Source: an uncultured Alphaproteobacteria bacterium (lineage in GTDB: Bacteria > Pseudomonadota > Alphaproteobacteria > Sphingomonadales > Sphingomonadaceae). From it: DNA of 64,000 nt. The position numbers were made by a program, and so were the translations under genes. The stretch covers positions 36,402 to 100,401 of the forward strand of contig CAVVZE010000001.1 in the NCBI GenBank assembly GCA_963752785.1. The letters are read 5' to 3'. Shown in pieces: positions 1 through 10,104 of this stretch (position 1 is its first letter; every line of letters starts with the position of its first letter). The notes beneath the pieces are model-generated. The model did no database searches. It had not been told where the DNA came from and saw nothing but the letters and a program-made list of their open reading frames with translations.

Positions 1-890
1 AGAGGACGACTGGACGCTGGGCGCGCTGGTGCTGACGGGCGGCGTTCGCGCGGACCGGACCGCGATCACCGGCGGCTATCTACCGCGCGGTCGATCCTGC
101 GGGCGCGCGCGATCAGCGAGAATCGTATGCCGACCGCACCGACTGGACCGTCACCTGGCGCGGCGGGGCGCTGTTCCATGCGAGCGAGGCGCTGGCCCTG
201 CGCGCGGCGGCCTATCGCGGCATTCGCCTGCCGACCCTGAACGAGCTGTACCGCCCCTTCGTCGTCTTCCCGGTCGTGACCCAGGCGAACGCGCGGCTCG
301 AGAACGAGGAACTGCTGGGGTTCGAGGCGGGCGTCGAACTGGCACCCGGCGCCGGGCATTCGCCTGTCGCTCACCGCGTTCGACAACCGCATCGAGGCGC
401 CATCGCCAACGTCACCCTGGCCGACAACCTGCGCCAGCGCCGCAACCTGCCAGCCATCGACGCGCGAGGGATCGAGGCGGATGCCGATTTCGATCTCGGC
501 GCGCTTCGGATTTCGAGGCTCGCTGACCTATACCGATGCAGTGGTCGACGGCGCGGGCGAGGCAGCCGACCTCGACGGGTTTCGCCCGGCGCAGACGCCG
601 CGACTGGCGGCCAGTGCAACCGTCTGGTGGCAGCCGCAGGACTGGCACGCGCCTCTCCGCGACCCTGCGCCATGTCGGCAAGCAGTTCGAGGACGACCGC
701 GAGAGCGAGCGCGCTGCCCGCCGCCACGACGCTGGACGCCTATGCCGAGATGCGCTTGGCGGGCAGGCTGTCGCTGGTCCTGCGCGGCGAGAACCTGTTC
801 GACGAGACGATCGTGACACGCAATTCGGGCGGATCGATCGACCTGGGCGTGCCGCGCACCATCTGGGCGGGGCTGAGCTGGGGGCTCTGA
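1..890 (+). CDS. TonB-dependent receptor, C-terminal barrel part (5' truncated by window edge; several frameshifts)
   Basis: Frame fragments give AAYRGIRLPTLNELYRPF, LENEELLGFEAG and terminal GENLFDETIV...PRTIWAGLSWGL*, typical of a TBDR C-terminus; the pieces lie in different frames. Confidence 0.8.
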
Positions 891-897
891 CGAACCG

Positions 898-1725
898 TCA
901 GAAAGGCTGGATCACGCCCGCGGCCAGGCAGACCAGGATCACGCTGCCCAGCAGGACGCGGTAGATCACGAAGGACATGTAGCTGCGCGTGCTGATCAGC
1001 TTGAGGAAGCCGACGATCACCACATAGCCGGACACGAACGCCACCACCGTCGCCACGATGGTCGGCATCGCCATGCTGCTCGTGAAATCGCCCCAGTAGT
1101 TGTAGAGCTGGTAGAAGCCCGAGGCGAGCACTGCGGGGATCGCCAGCAGGAAGGAATATCTCGCCGCCGCCTCGCGGGTATAGCCCATGGCCAGGCCCGC
1201 GGTGATCGTGCCGCCCGAGCGCGAAACGCCGGGGATCAGCGCCATGGCCTGCGCGAAGCCGAAGATCAGGCCGTCCCTCCATGTCAGCTGGTCGAGCGGG
1301 CGCATACGCCTGCCCAGCCGGTCCGCCAGGCCCAGCAGCAGGCCGAACACGATCAGCATGGTGGCGGTGATATACATGTTGCGCAGATAGGTCTCGATCG
1401 CATCCTTGAAGAGGACGCCCAGGATCGCGATCGGCAGCGTGCCGATGATGATCAGCCAGCCCATCCGCACATCTGCCGGGTCGCGGTTTTCCGCCGCGGG
1501 CAGAAGCTGCCGTATCCAGGCGTCGGCAATGCGCCAGATATCCTTGCGGAAATATAGCAGCACCGCGGCCTCGGTCCCGATCTGGATGACGGCGGTAAAG
1601 GCTGCGCCCGGATCGCCGGAGGTCAGGAACGGTCCCGCCAGCCGCAGATGCGCACTGGACGAGATCGGCAAAAACTCGGTCAGGCCCTGCAGCAGGCCGA
1701 CGAGAATGGCTTCGATGATACTCAT
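898..1725 (-). CDS. uppP: Undecaprenyl-diphosphate phosphatase (BacA/UppP)
   Basis: QGLTEFLPISSSAH and ALIPGVSRSGGT motifs, multi-TM; start set at MSIIEAIL. Confidence 0.95.
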   Translation of the reverse strand: MSIIEAILVGLLQGLTEFLPISSSAHLRLAGPFLTSGDPGAAFTAVIQIGTEAAVLLYFRKDIWRIADAWIRQLLPAAENRDPADVRMGWLIIIGTLPIAILGVLFKDAIETYLRNMYITATMLIVFGLLLGLADRLGRRMRPLDQLTWRDGLIFGFAQAMALIPGVSRSGGTITAGLAMGYTREAAARYSFLLAIPAVLASGFYQLYNYWGDFTSSMAMPTIVATVVAFVSGYVVIVGFLKLISTRSYMSFVIYRVLLGSVILVCLAAGVIQPF

Positions 1726-1844
1726 GCGGAAACGATGATCCCGGTGCGATTTCGCAGTTGCACACATGGCTGCGGCGAGCAGGACGCGAGGTCAAGAGCG
1801 CGAGGGCTTTTGCCCCCGTCCCGCAGCCGAGACGAAGCAAATTA

Positions 1845-1920
<76 letters not shown>

Positions 1921-1972
1921 GCGTGGCGATGCCTGTATAGAATCGCCGACGAGAAACGAAGCGCTCTTTGCG

Positions 1973-2851
1973 TCAAGGCGCGCCGAAGGTCCAGCCCTCG
2001 GTATGGGCGACCGCGTCGAGGCCGGGGGGATTCCAGAGCGTATCGTCCTGCGCGGCGATACGCAGCCATGCTGCCGAGAGCAGCGCGTCGGCGCTGTGGT
2101 CGTCGATCGGGCCACTGCCCCCGGGGGCGGGGCTGCCCAGTGCGGCCAGAGCGTCGGCCAGTTCCTCATGGCTGCGGATCTTCGAGGTGCCCGCGCGGCG
2201 GCCCGCAGCGATGGCGGGAATCGCGGTATAGATCTCGACGATGACGCTGCCCGAGCTTGGCAGCGGATCGATCGGCCAGACGGGAATGCGCCCATCCAGC
2301 CGGTGAAGCACGCGCATGCCGGTCAGGCTGGATTTCCCCACCTGCGCCGCGCCGACCAGGTTGAAATTCGAATAGGGCGAGCAGCCGAGCGCGGCCTGCC
2401 GCTCCTCGGTCACGCGGAACCGGCCCCGTCTGTGCTCAGCGCCCGGTGCGTGGAAGTGCGCGCCCTCGCGCCTGTTATGGCGGCGGTAGAAGGCGCTGAT
2501 TTCCGGGTGATCGACGAAGCTGCTGGCGGAGAGATGCGGATCGTCGGCGCAGATGCGGTCGATCAGCGCCCAGAGCGCGCGCGCATCGGGTGGGCTGCCC
2601 TCCCAACCGGGGAAGAACGCGCCGCAATCGGCAAAGGGCAGCGATATGCCGAGGTCGAGCCCGACCAGCGTGTCATCGGGCAACTCGTCGTGCAGGATGG
2701 CGAGCACGTCCTCGCGCGACCAGCCCTTGCCAGGATCCACCAGGACCGGCGCGCCTCCATTCGCGTGCGCCAGCGCCATGGCGATGCCGCCCGGCCGTTC
2801 GGTGACGGCGCCCGACCAGTCGATGGCCAGAAAGTGCCGGAAGCGCGACAT
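1973..2851 (-). CDS. Hypothetical protein, putative RNase H-like fold (DUF429-like) with N-terminal AIDWSG motif
   Basis: AIDWSG...GLDLG...VEIY...DHSADAL acidic pattern; start overlaps the rarA stop (TAATG). Confidence 0.55.
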   Translation of the reverse strand: MSRFRHFLAIDWSGAVTERPGGIAMALAHANGGAPVLVDPGKGWSREDVLAILHDELPDDTLVGLDLGISLPFADCGAFFPGWEGSPPDARALWALIDRICADDPHLSASSFVDHPEISAFYRRHNRREGAHFHAPGAEHRRGRFRVTEERQAALGCSPYSNFNLVGAAQVGKSSLTGMRVLHRLDGRIPVWPIDPLPSSGSVIVEIYTAIPAIAAGRRAGTSKIRSHEELADALAALGSPAPGGSGPIDDHSADALLSAAWLRIAAQDDTLWNPPGLDAVAHTEGWTFGAP

Positions 2852-4173
2852 TACCCCTGCTTTTCGGCGCGCTTCTTCGCCCACCATTCCATCCGCTCGA
2901 TCACCTGCCGTTCGAACCCGCGCGCGACGGGTTTGTAATAATCCTGCGCCGCCATCCCTTCGGGCCAGTAGTTGGCGCCCGAGAAGCCGCCCTCGGCATC
3001 GTGGTCATAGGCGTAGTCCTTGCCGTACCCCACGTCCTTCATCAGCTTGGTCGGCGCGTTCAGGATGTTGGCGGGCGGCATCAGGCTGCCGGTCTCGCGC
3101 GCGCTCTTGAACGCGGCCTTCTGCGCCTTGTAGGCGGCGTTCGACTTGGGCGCCGTCGCGCAATAAAGGCAGGCCTGCACGATGGCGAGCTCGCCTTCCG
3201 GGCTGCCCAGAAAGTCATAGGCGTCCTTCGCGGCAAGGCATTGTACCAGCGCCTGCGGATCGGCGAGGCCGATATCCTCGCTGGCGAACCGGACCAGGCG
3301 GCGCAGCACGTAGAGCGGTTCCTCCCCCGCCGTCAGCATCCTCGCCAGATAATAGAGCGAGGCCTGCGGGTCCGATCCGCGCAGGCTTTTGTGCAGCGCG
3401 CTGATCAGATTGTAATGTCCGTCCCGGTCCTTGTCATAGACCGCGACACGGCGCTGCAGGAACTGGCCCAGCGCCGCAGGATCAAGCGGGGTGTCGATCC
3501 GCGCGGCATAGAGCGTCTCGGCCTGGTTGAGCAGGAAGCGGCCATCGCCGTCGGCACTGGCCACCAGCGCGGCGCGCGCGTCGGCGTCGAGGGGAAGGGC
3601 GCGTCCGGTCAACGCCTCGGCCCGGTCCAGCAGCTTCGTCAAAGCCTCGGCATCCAGCCGGTGCAGGATCAGCACCTGCGCCCGGCTCAGCAGGGCGGCG
3701 TTCAGGGCAAAGCTGGGGTTCTCGGTCGTCGCGCCCACCAGCGTCACCGTTCCGCGCTCGACAAAGGGCAGGAAGCCGTCCTGCTGCGCACGATTGAAGC
3801 GGTGAATCTCGTCCACGAACAGCAGGGTCTTCCTGCCCGCCTTCTGCATCGTCTCGGCCTCGGCGAACGACTTTTTCAGATCGGCGACGCCCGAGAATAC
3901 CGCGCTGACCGCGGCAAAGCGCATGCCAACGCTATCGGCGAGCAGCCGCGCGATGCTGGTCTTGCCGGTGCCGGGCGGTCCCCACAGGATCATGCTGGTC
4001 AGCCGGCCCGCAGCCACCATGCGCCCGATCGCGCCTTCGGCCCCGGTCAGGTGCTCCTGCCCGATGATTTCGCCCAGATGGGCAGGGCGCAGCCGGTCGG
4101 CCAGCGGGGAATCGTCGCTCGCGTCGTCGGTCCGGTTCTGCACCGCTTCGTCGTCGGCAAAAAGATCATCCAT
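2851..4173 (-). CDS. rarA: Replication-associated recombination protein A (MgsA/RarA AAA+ ATPase)
   Basis: PLADRLRP, GPPGTGKT, DEIHRFN, ATTENPSF, ISALHKSLRGSD, ASEDIGLADP motifs. Confidence 0.95.
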   Translation of the reverse strand: MDDLFADDEAVQNRTDDASDDSPLADRLRPAHLGEIIGQEHLTGAEGAIGRMVAAGRLTSMILWGPPGTGKTSIARLLADSVGMRFAAVSAVFSGVADLKKSFAEAETMQKAGRKTLLFVDEIHRFNRAQQDGFLPFVERGTVTLVGATTENPSFALNAALLSRAQVLILHRLDAEALTKLLDRAEALTGRALPLDADARAALVASADGDGRFLLNQAETLYAARIDTPLDPAALGQFLQRRVAVYDKDRDGHYNLISALHKSLRGSDPQASLYYLARMLTAGEEPLYVLRRLVRFASEDIGLADPQALVQCLAAKDAYDFLGSPEGELAIVQACLYCATAPKSNAAYKAQKAAFKSARETGSLMPPANILNAPTKLMKDVGYGKDYAYDHDAEGGFSGANYWPEGMAAQDYYKPVARGFERQVIERMEWWAKKRAEKQG

Positions 4174-4232
4174 TTCAGCAGAGATAGGACCGCTGCCGAA
4201 TTTTTGCACCCATGCTTGCAACGATCCTTAAA

Positions 4233-4242
4233 AGATATATCT
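4233..4242. promoter_or_regulatory. Palindrome AGATATATCT, candidate PadR operator between rarA and padR
   Basis: Perfect 10-bp AT-rich palindrome about 30 bp upstream of the padR start in GC-rich DNA. Confidence 0.45.
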
Positions 4243-4273
4243 CAATAGTATCGTAAGGGGAGCAAACAACGTC

Positions 4274-4969
4274 ATGAGACATGCAGAACGCACAGGCAGG
4301 CAACGCCCGCACTCTGGCCAGCCCCGCGGCCAACCTGGCGGCCAATCCTGCGGCCACCGCGATGATGGGCCGATTGGACCCGGCCCGTGGGGCAAGGGAT
4401 TTGGAGACGACTTTGGCGACCGCGTCCCGCGCGGACGCGGTAGCCGGATGGGGCGCGGCCCCGGCATCGGCGCGCTGGACGGCGAGCGCCGGGGCCGGAA
4501 TCGCGGCAGGCGAATGTTCGGCCAAGGCCAGCTGCGGTTGGTGCTGCTTGAACTGATCGGTCAGCAGGAACGCCACGGTTACCATCTGATCAAGGCGATC
4601 GAGGAACTGACCGGCGGCCGCTATGCGCCCAGCCCGGGTGCGGTCTATCCGACGCTGGCGATGCTGGCCGACGAGGGCCTGATCGCCGAGGCAGCAGGTT
4701 ACGCGGACAGCGCGAAGAAGCCTTTCGCCCTGACCGAATCGGGCAAGGCGCTGCTCGCCCGCGAGGCGGAGCAACTGGCGCGGATCCTTAAGCGTCTGCA
4801 GGCGATGGACAGGGAGGCGCCGCGCGAAAGCCCGCCGATCCGCCGCGCGGTCGGCAATCTGCTGATCGCCACGCGCAACCGCGCGCAGGCCGAGGGTTTC
4901 ACCGACGAAATCGCGCACCGGATCGCCGCCATCCTCGACGAGGCGGCGGGGCGGATCGAGCGCCTCTGA
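4274..4969 (+). CDS. PadR family transcriptional regulator with Gly/Arg-rich N-terminal extension
   Basis: LRLVLLELI...HGYHLIKAIEELTGGRYAPSPGAVYPTLAML winged-helix motif. Confidence 0.9.
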   Translation: MRHAERTGRQRPHSGQPRGQPGGQSCGHRDDGPIGPGPWGKGFGDDFGDRVPRGRGSRMGRGPGIGALDGERRGRNRGRRMFGQGQLRLVLLELIGQQERHGYHLIKAIEELTGGRYAPSPGAVYPTLAMLADEGLIAEAAGYADSAKKPFALTESGKALLAREAEQLARILKRLQAMDREAPRESPPIRRAVGNLLIATRNRAQAEGFTDEIAHRIAAILDEAAGRIERL

Positions 4970-5091
4970 TCCTCGCCCCCCCCCTCTGCCCCCGCGTTCG
5001 CCCGCCCGCCGCCCTTGGCATTCCGTTCATCTGCGGTATAGCTGATGGTCCCGGTGGGCATGTAGCGGGGCATGGCGGAAGGGAGAGGACA

Positions 5092-5526
5092 ATGGCCAGC
5101 AGAGCGGTGAAGGTACCGGCAAGCTTCTGGGTAATCGCGGCGCTAAGCCTGCTGTGGAATGCCTATGGCGCCTATGATTACACGATGACACAGCTTGATG
5201 CGGAGGCGATGATGGGCAATTTCTCCGCCGAGGAGCGCGCATACTTCACCAGCTTTCCCGCGTGGCATACAGCGTTCTGGGCGCTGGGGGTGTGGGGATC
5301 GGTGGCGGGATCCATCCTGCTGCTGGTGCGCTCGCGCTGGGCGATCGCGGGCTTTCTGGCATCCGTCGCGGGGCTGCTCGTCACCACGATCTATGCGGCG
5401 GTCAAGCCGATGCCTTCCAGCCTGGGCGGTCCGGGCGATCGGTTCGTGAACGCGGTGATATGGATCATCCTGCTGTCGCTGCTCGCCTATTCGCGCAAGG
5501 CGCTGGCCCGGGGCTATATCGCCTGA
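5092..5526 (+). CDS. Hypothetical 4-TM membrane protein
   Basis: GAGGA RBS; four hydrophobic segments; LLWNAYGAYDY...WHTAFWALGVWG. Confidence 0.75.
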   Translation: MASRAVKVPASFWVIAALSLLWNAYGAYDYTMTQLDAEAMMGNFSAEERAYFTSFPAWHTAFWALGVWGSVAGSILLLVRSRWAIAGFLASVAGLLVTTIYAAVKPMPSSLGGPGDRFVNAVIWIILLSLLAYSRKALARGYIA

Positions 5527-5533
5527 CGCGCGT

Positions 5534-6739
5534 TCAACGCTTTTCGGCCAGCAGGCGGCGATAGGTCGACAACACGGCCGAATTGATCCGGTCCCAGCCA
5601 TAATCCTCGGCCCGGGCCTCGCCCGCCTTGCCGTGCCGTTCGGCCAGAGCCGGATCGGCGCAATAGGCCTGAAGCGCGTCGGCAAATCCCGCAATGTCGC
5701 CCGGCGTCACCAGCGTGCCCGACACTCCGTTCTCGACCAGGCTCTCGCTGCCCGTCGCGATCGCGGCCACCACCGGCCGGGCGCAGGCCATCGCCTCAAG
5801 CGTCACATTGCCGAAGGTTTCGGTCACCGAGGGGTTGAACAGCACGTCCATCGATGCGACCGCCCGGCCAAGCTGTTGTCCCGTCTGGTGGCCGACGAAG
5901 ACCGCGTTCCGAAGACGATCCTCGAACCATTCGCGGGCCGGCCCTTGGCCGATCACCATGACCCTGTGCGGGACGCTCCGGCGCGACAGCTCGGCGCAGA
6001 CGTCGGTAAAAACGTCCAGCCCCTTTTCCATGACCAGCCGGCCAAGGAAGCCGATCACGCGTTCGTCATCGTCAATGCCGATCGATCGCCGCCACGCCAT
6101 GTCGCGCGCCTGTGGCACGAAGATCGAGCGGTCCACGCCGCGGGTCCAGAGCGACACGTCATCGTTCATCCCCTGCTGCCTCAGCAGTTCGACCATGGAT
6201 TCGGACGGAGCCACCAGCGCGTCGCAGCGGTTGTAGAACCGGCGCAGCCCGGCGACCATCGCCGGTTCGATGAAGCCCAGATTGTAATAGCGTGGATAGG
6301 TCTCGAACCGCGTATGCACCGATGCCAGCACCGGAATGTCGCGCGCTCGCGCCCAACGCACCGCCGAATGTGCTACGATGTCGGGGCTGGACACATGCAC
6401 GATATGGGGCGCGAACCGCCCCAGGTCGCGCTTCACCCGCGGCGAAAGCGCCAGCGGAAAGCGATATTCGCTGCGGCCCGGAATCGGCAGAGCGGGGACG
6501 CCGACCAGCTCGCCCGTCGGCTCGAAAGCGGGGTTTTCCACTTTGGGGGCATAGGCGCGCACGTCGCATCCCTGTCGCAGCAGATAGTCCACCAGCCGGT
6601 TCAGCGCCTGGTTCGCGCCGTCGCGCACGTAATTGTAATTGCCGCTGAACAGCGCGATCCGCAGGTCCGGCAGCCGGTCTGCATCGCTGCCCGCGGTCAT
6701 GGGTGTTTCGCCTGGCGCAATCGCATCTGCTTGGGACAT
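5534..6739 (-). CDS. Glycosyltransferase family 4 (GT-B; PimB/SqdX-like)
   Basis: FLGRLVMEKG, PSVTETFGNVTLEAMACARPVV signature; start uncertain (6739 or 6700). Confidence 0.9.
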   Translation of the reverse strand: MSQADAIAPGETPMTAGSDADRLPDLRIALFSGNYNYVRDGANQALNRLVDYLLRQGCDVRAYAPKVENPAFEPTGELVGVPALPIPGRSEYRFPLALSPRVKRDLGRFAPHIVHVSSPDIVAHSAVRWARARDIPVLASVHTRFETYPRYYNLGFIEPAMVAGLRRFYNRCDALVAPSESMVELLRQQGMNDDVSLWTRGVDRSIFVPQARDMAWRRSIGIDDDERVIGFLGRLVMEKGLDVFTDVCAELSRRSVPHRVMVIGQGPAREWFEDRLRNAVFVGHQTGQQLGRAVASMDVLFNPSVTETFGNVTLEAMACARPVVAAIATGSESLVENGVSGTLVTPGDIAGFADALQAYCADPALAERHGKAGEARAEDYGWDRINSAVLSTYRRLLAEKR

Positions 6740-7030
6740 GGCTGCGCGCCATAGCCGCATGATCTTGCTTTGGCGAGGCAGGAACGAACCGCCGCCCCCG
6801 CATTTCGCAGCCGCATTTTCACGCAAGCACATACGTTGACACGAATTTGTCAAACAAGTGCGACATTGGCGTCACCGGCGGCGACGGCACGGGCAGCCGC
6901 AAAAGCGAGAGGCCGCCTGTTTCCGGCAGGTGACAGGGCGGTGCTGCGGCAAGGCAGCGGCCCGTCGCGGCGCTTGTGCAAAGGGTCCATCGCTCATAGG
7001 GCTAGGGCGCCTCATTTTTGGACGGGTGGG

Positions 7031-7876
7031 ATGAAAAGCTTGCGATTCGGTCGCCTGGGCCATGGCGGTCCCCGCCTGCGGGGATGGAGCCTGCATGATG
7101 TGCTGTGGTGGCTGCTGGCCGCCGGGATCGTCATCGCCGCCGTGCGCCTGTTCTGGATGATCGTGACTCCCGTTTCGCCGCTGGGCGACTGGCGGCCCGC
7201 CAGCGTGCGGGTCATGTCGGACAGCGCCCGCACCGCGCTGATGACCGGTTTTGATCCGTTCAACCGCAATGCGCCGGTCGCAATGGCGGAAAGCGGGCCG
7301 GTCGAGACGATTACCGACCTGCCGCTCACCGTCTATGGCATTCGCTATAATGCCGCGACCGGGGCGGGCACCGCGATCATCGCGGACAATGACGGCGAGC
7401 AGGCCATCTACCGCATCGGCGAGGAAGTGTCGCCGGGCGTCACACTCAGCGCGCTCGAATTCGATCATGTCGTGCTCAGCCGCGGCGGATCGCGCGAGCT
7501 GCTTTATCTCGACCAGTCGCAGCCCGCGCCTTCCATCCAGCCGTCCGCGCGGCCCGAACAGGCGGCCCCGCCTTCGCCCTCTTCCATGCGCGGCCGCATC
7601 AGCGCGTCCGAGCTGAGCAGCGGGGTCTCGTTCACCCCCGCGCAGCAGGGCGGCAGTTTTGCCGGGCTCAATGTCGTGCCGGCGGGTGATGGCAGCGTGT
7701 TTCGCGCCGCCGGTCTGCGCGACGGCGATGTCGTGGTAGCGATGGGCGGGCAGCGCATCACTTCACCCGCCCAGGCGGCGCAGCTTTCCGGTGCGTTCAG
7801 CCCCGGTTCCCAGATCAGCCTCACCGTCCGCCGCGACGGGCGCGAGGTTCCGGTCAACATAACGGTAGCCCCCTAA
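7031..7876 (+). CDS. gspC: Type II secretion protein C with PDZ domain
   Basis: N-terminal TM, HR domain (LTVYGIR...AII...YRIGEEV...DHVVL), C-terminal PDZ (AGLRDGDVVVAMGG); directly upstream of the secretin. Confidence 0.8.
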   Translation: MKSLRFGRLGHGGPRLRGWSLHDVLWWLLAAGIVIAAVRLFWMIVTPVSPLGDWRPASVRVMSDSARTALMTGFDPFNRNAPVAMAESGPVETITDLPLTVYGIRYNAATGAGTAIIADNDGEQAIYRIGEEVSPGVTLSALEFDHVVLSRGGSRELLYLDQSQPAPSIQPSARPEQAAPPSPSSMRGRISASELSSGVSFTPAQQGGSFAGLNVVPAGDGSVFRAAGLRDGDVVVAMGGQRITSPAQAAQLSGAFSPGSQISLTVRRDGREVPVNITVAP

Positions 7877-10104
7877 TGCGTAGTTATCACCAGGCGCTTG
7901 CCGCCGCCCTTTTGTCCACCGTCGCGATCTGCGCCAGCGCCACCCCGGCGCAGGCGCAATATGTGCTGAACATGCGCGATGCCGATGTGCGCACCTTCGT
8001 CGCGGACGCGGCGCAGGTGACGGGGCGGACCTTCATCGTCGACGGGCGGGTTAACCAGAAGATCTCGGTCGTGTCCGACCGCCCGCTGACCCGCAGCGAA
8101 TATTTCGAGGTGTTCCTGTCCACCCTGCGCGCCAACGGGCTGGTCGCGGTGCCGACGTCGGACGGGGCGTTCCGCATCCAGCCTGCCGCCAATGCAGCAT
8201 CCCAGCCCAGCCGCATCGGCAGCCAGGGCGCGCCGGGCAACCAGATGGTGACCGACGTGGTGCGCCTGGGCGCGGTGGAGGCGGAGCAGGCGGTCAATAC
8301 GCTGAAACCGCTGGTCAGCCCCGAGGGGTCGATCACCGCCAATCGCGCTGGCAATTCGCTGGTGATCGTCGATTATGCCGACAATCTGCGCCGCATCCGT
8401 GCGCTGCTGCAGCAGATCGACACCGACAACAGCTCGACCGAGATGATCGCGCTGGACCATGCCGGCGCGCGAGAAATTGCGCAGGCGCTGACCGAGCTGA
8501 TCCCGCAGGGGCAGGGTGGTGCCTCGACGCTCGCCAGCGTGGTCGCGGTCGACAGTTCCAATTCGCTGCTGCTGCGCGGCGAGCAGGCGACGATCAGCCG
8601 GCTGGCCGCCATGGCCCGCGAACTGGACAACCGCGCCGCCGCGGGCAGCGAGATCAAGGTGATCTGGCTGGATTATGCCGATGCGGGCGCGATGGTCGCG
8701 ATGCTGGAAAAGCTGATCGGCGGGTCGGGCACCTACACGCCGGTGGCGGTCGACACGGTTCAGCGCACGAGCGGTCTTTCCTCCCTTGGCACCGACGGTG
8801 CGGTCGCCGCGCCGGTCGGAGCAGTGGGCTCCGTGGCGGGCGACGGCAATCTGGGCAGCGGTCTGATCGAACTGGCGGGCGGGCGCGGCACGGCAGTCAT
8901 TACCCGCTATCCGGGCGCAAACGCCATCGTCATTTCCGCCCCCGTCAACACCCAGCGCCAGCTGGCCGAACTGGTGCGCCAGCTCGACGTGCGGCAGGAT
9001 CAGGTGCTGGTCGAGGCGATCATCGTCGAGATTTCGGAACTCGGTGGCGCGGGAACTGGGCGTGCAATTCCTGATCGGGGGCGAGGACGTGCCCTTCGCC
9101 GTCACCAATTTCACCAACATCGCGCCCAATATCATCGACCTTGCGGGCGGGCTGCTGGCGGACAAGATCGACGCAGACGACCACCATCATCAACGGCGAT
9201 ATCGTCACCACCACCACCAATAGCGCGGCGGCCGACCTGCTGCGGCAAAATGCGGCGCAGGCGGCGCTCGGCGCGCGTGGCGGCCTGGGCGGCTATGGCA
9301 CCAAGTTCGGTGGCAACAACTATCTGGGCGCGCTGATCAATGCGGTGGAGGAGGATACGCGATACGAATATCCTGTCGACGCCGCACATCACCACGAACA
9401 ACAACGTCCCCGGCCGCGATCCTGTTCGGGCAGGAAATCCCGGTGTCGACCGGCGAGGCGCTGTCGACAATTTCGACAATGCCTTCCGCACGATCCAGCG
9501 GCAGAATGTCGGCATCGAGCTGGACGTCACGCCGCAGATCAACGCCGGCGACGAGATCAAGCTGAACCTGCGGCAGGAAGTAGTCTCGATCGCCGGGCCG
9601 GTGTCCGACGATTTCAACGAGCTGATCATCAACAAGCGCGAGATCAACACCACGGTCACTGTCGGCAATGGCGAGATCCTGGTCGCTCGGCGGCCTGCTC
9701 GACGACAATGAGCGGCGCACGATCCAGAAGGTGCCGCTGCTGGGCGACATTCCGGTCATCGGCGAACTGTTCAAGTCGCGCGGCAAGAGCCATGTGAAGA
9801 CCAACCTGATGGTCTTCATCCGCCCGACGATCCTGCGCACCGCCGAGGATCGCGCAGCGCCGTCACCGCACGCCGCTATGGCGCGGTGCGCAGCGCGCAG
9901 CACGAATTCGATCCCGATCGGGAACCCGCGATCGACCAGCTGGTCAGCGATTACATGGGCGCGGTGCCGCCGGTGATGCCGGCCGCGCCGAACGACACGG
10001 TGATCTACGCCCGCGCCGATTGCGACTACGCCGGTTCCGCAGTCGAGCGCGCGGAAGTCGAACAGCGCCATGGCCACAGACCCGCCATGCAGAGGTTCCG
10101 CTGA
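7876..10104 (+). CDS. gspD: Type II secretion secretin D (multiple frameshifts after ~9040)
   Basis: LNMRDADVRTFV, QVLVEAIIVEI, IQRQNVGIELDVTPQIN, KVPLLGDIPVIGELFKS, NLMVFIRPTI spread over several frames; 3' end approximate. Confidence 0.88.
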
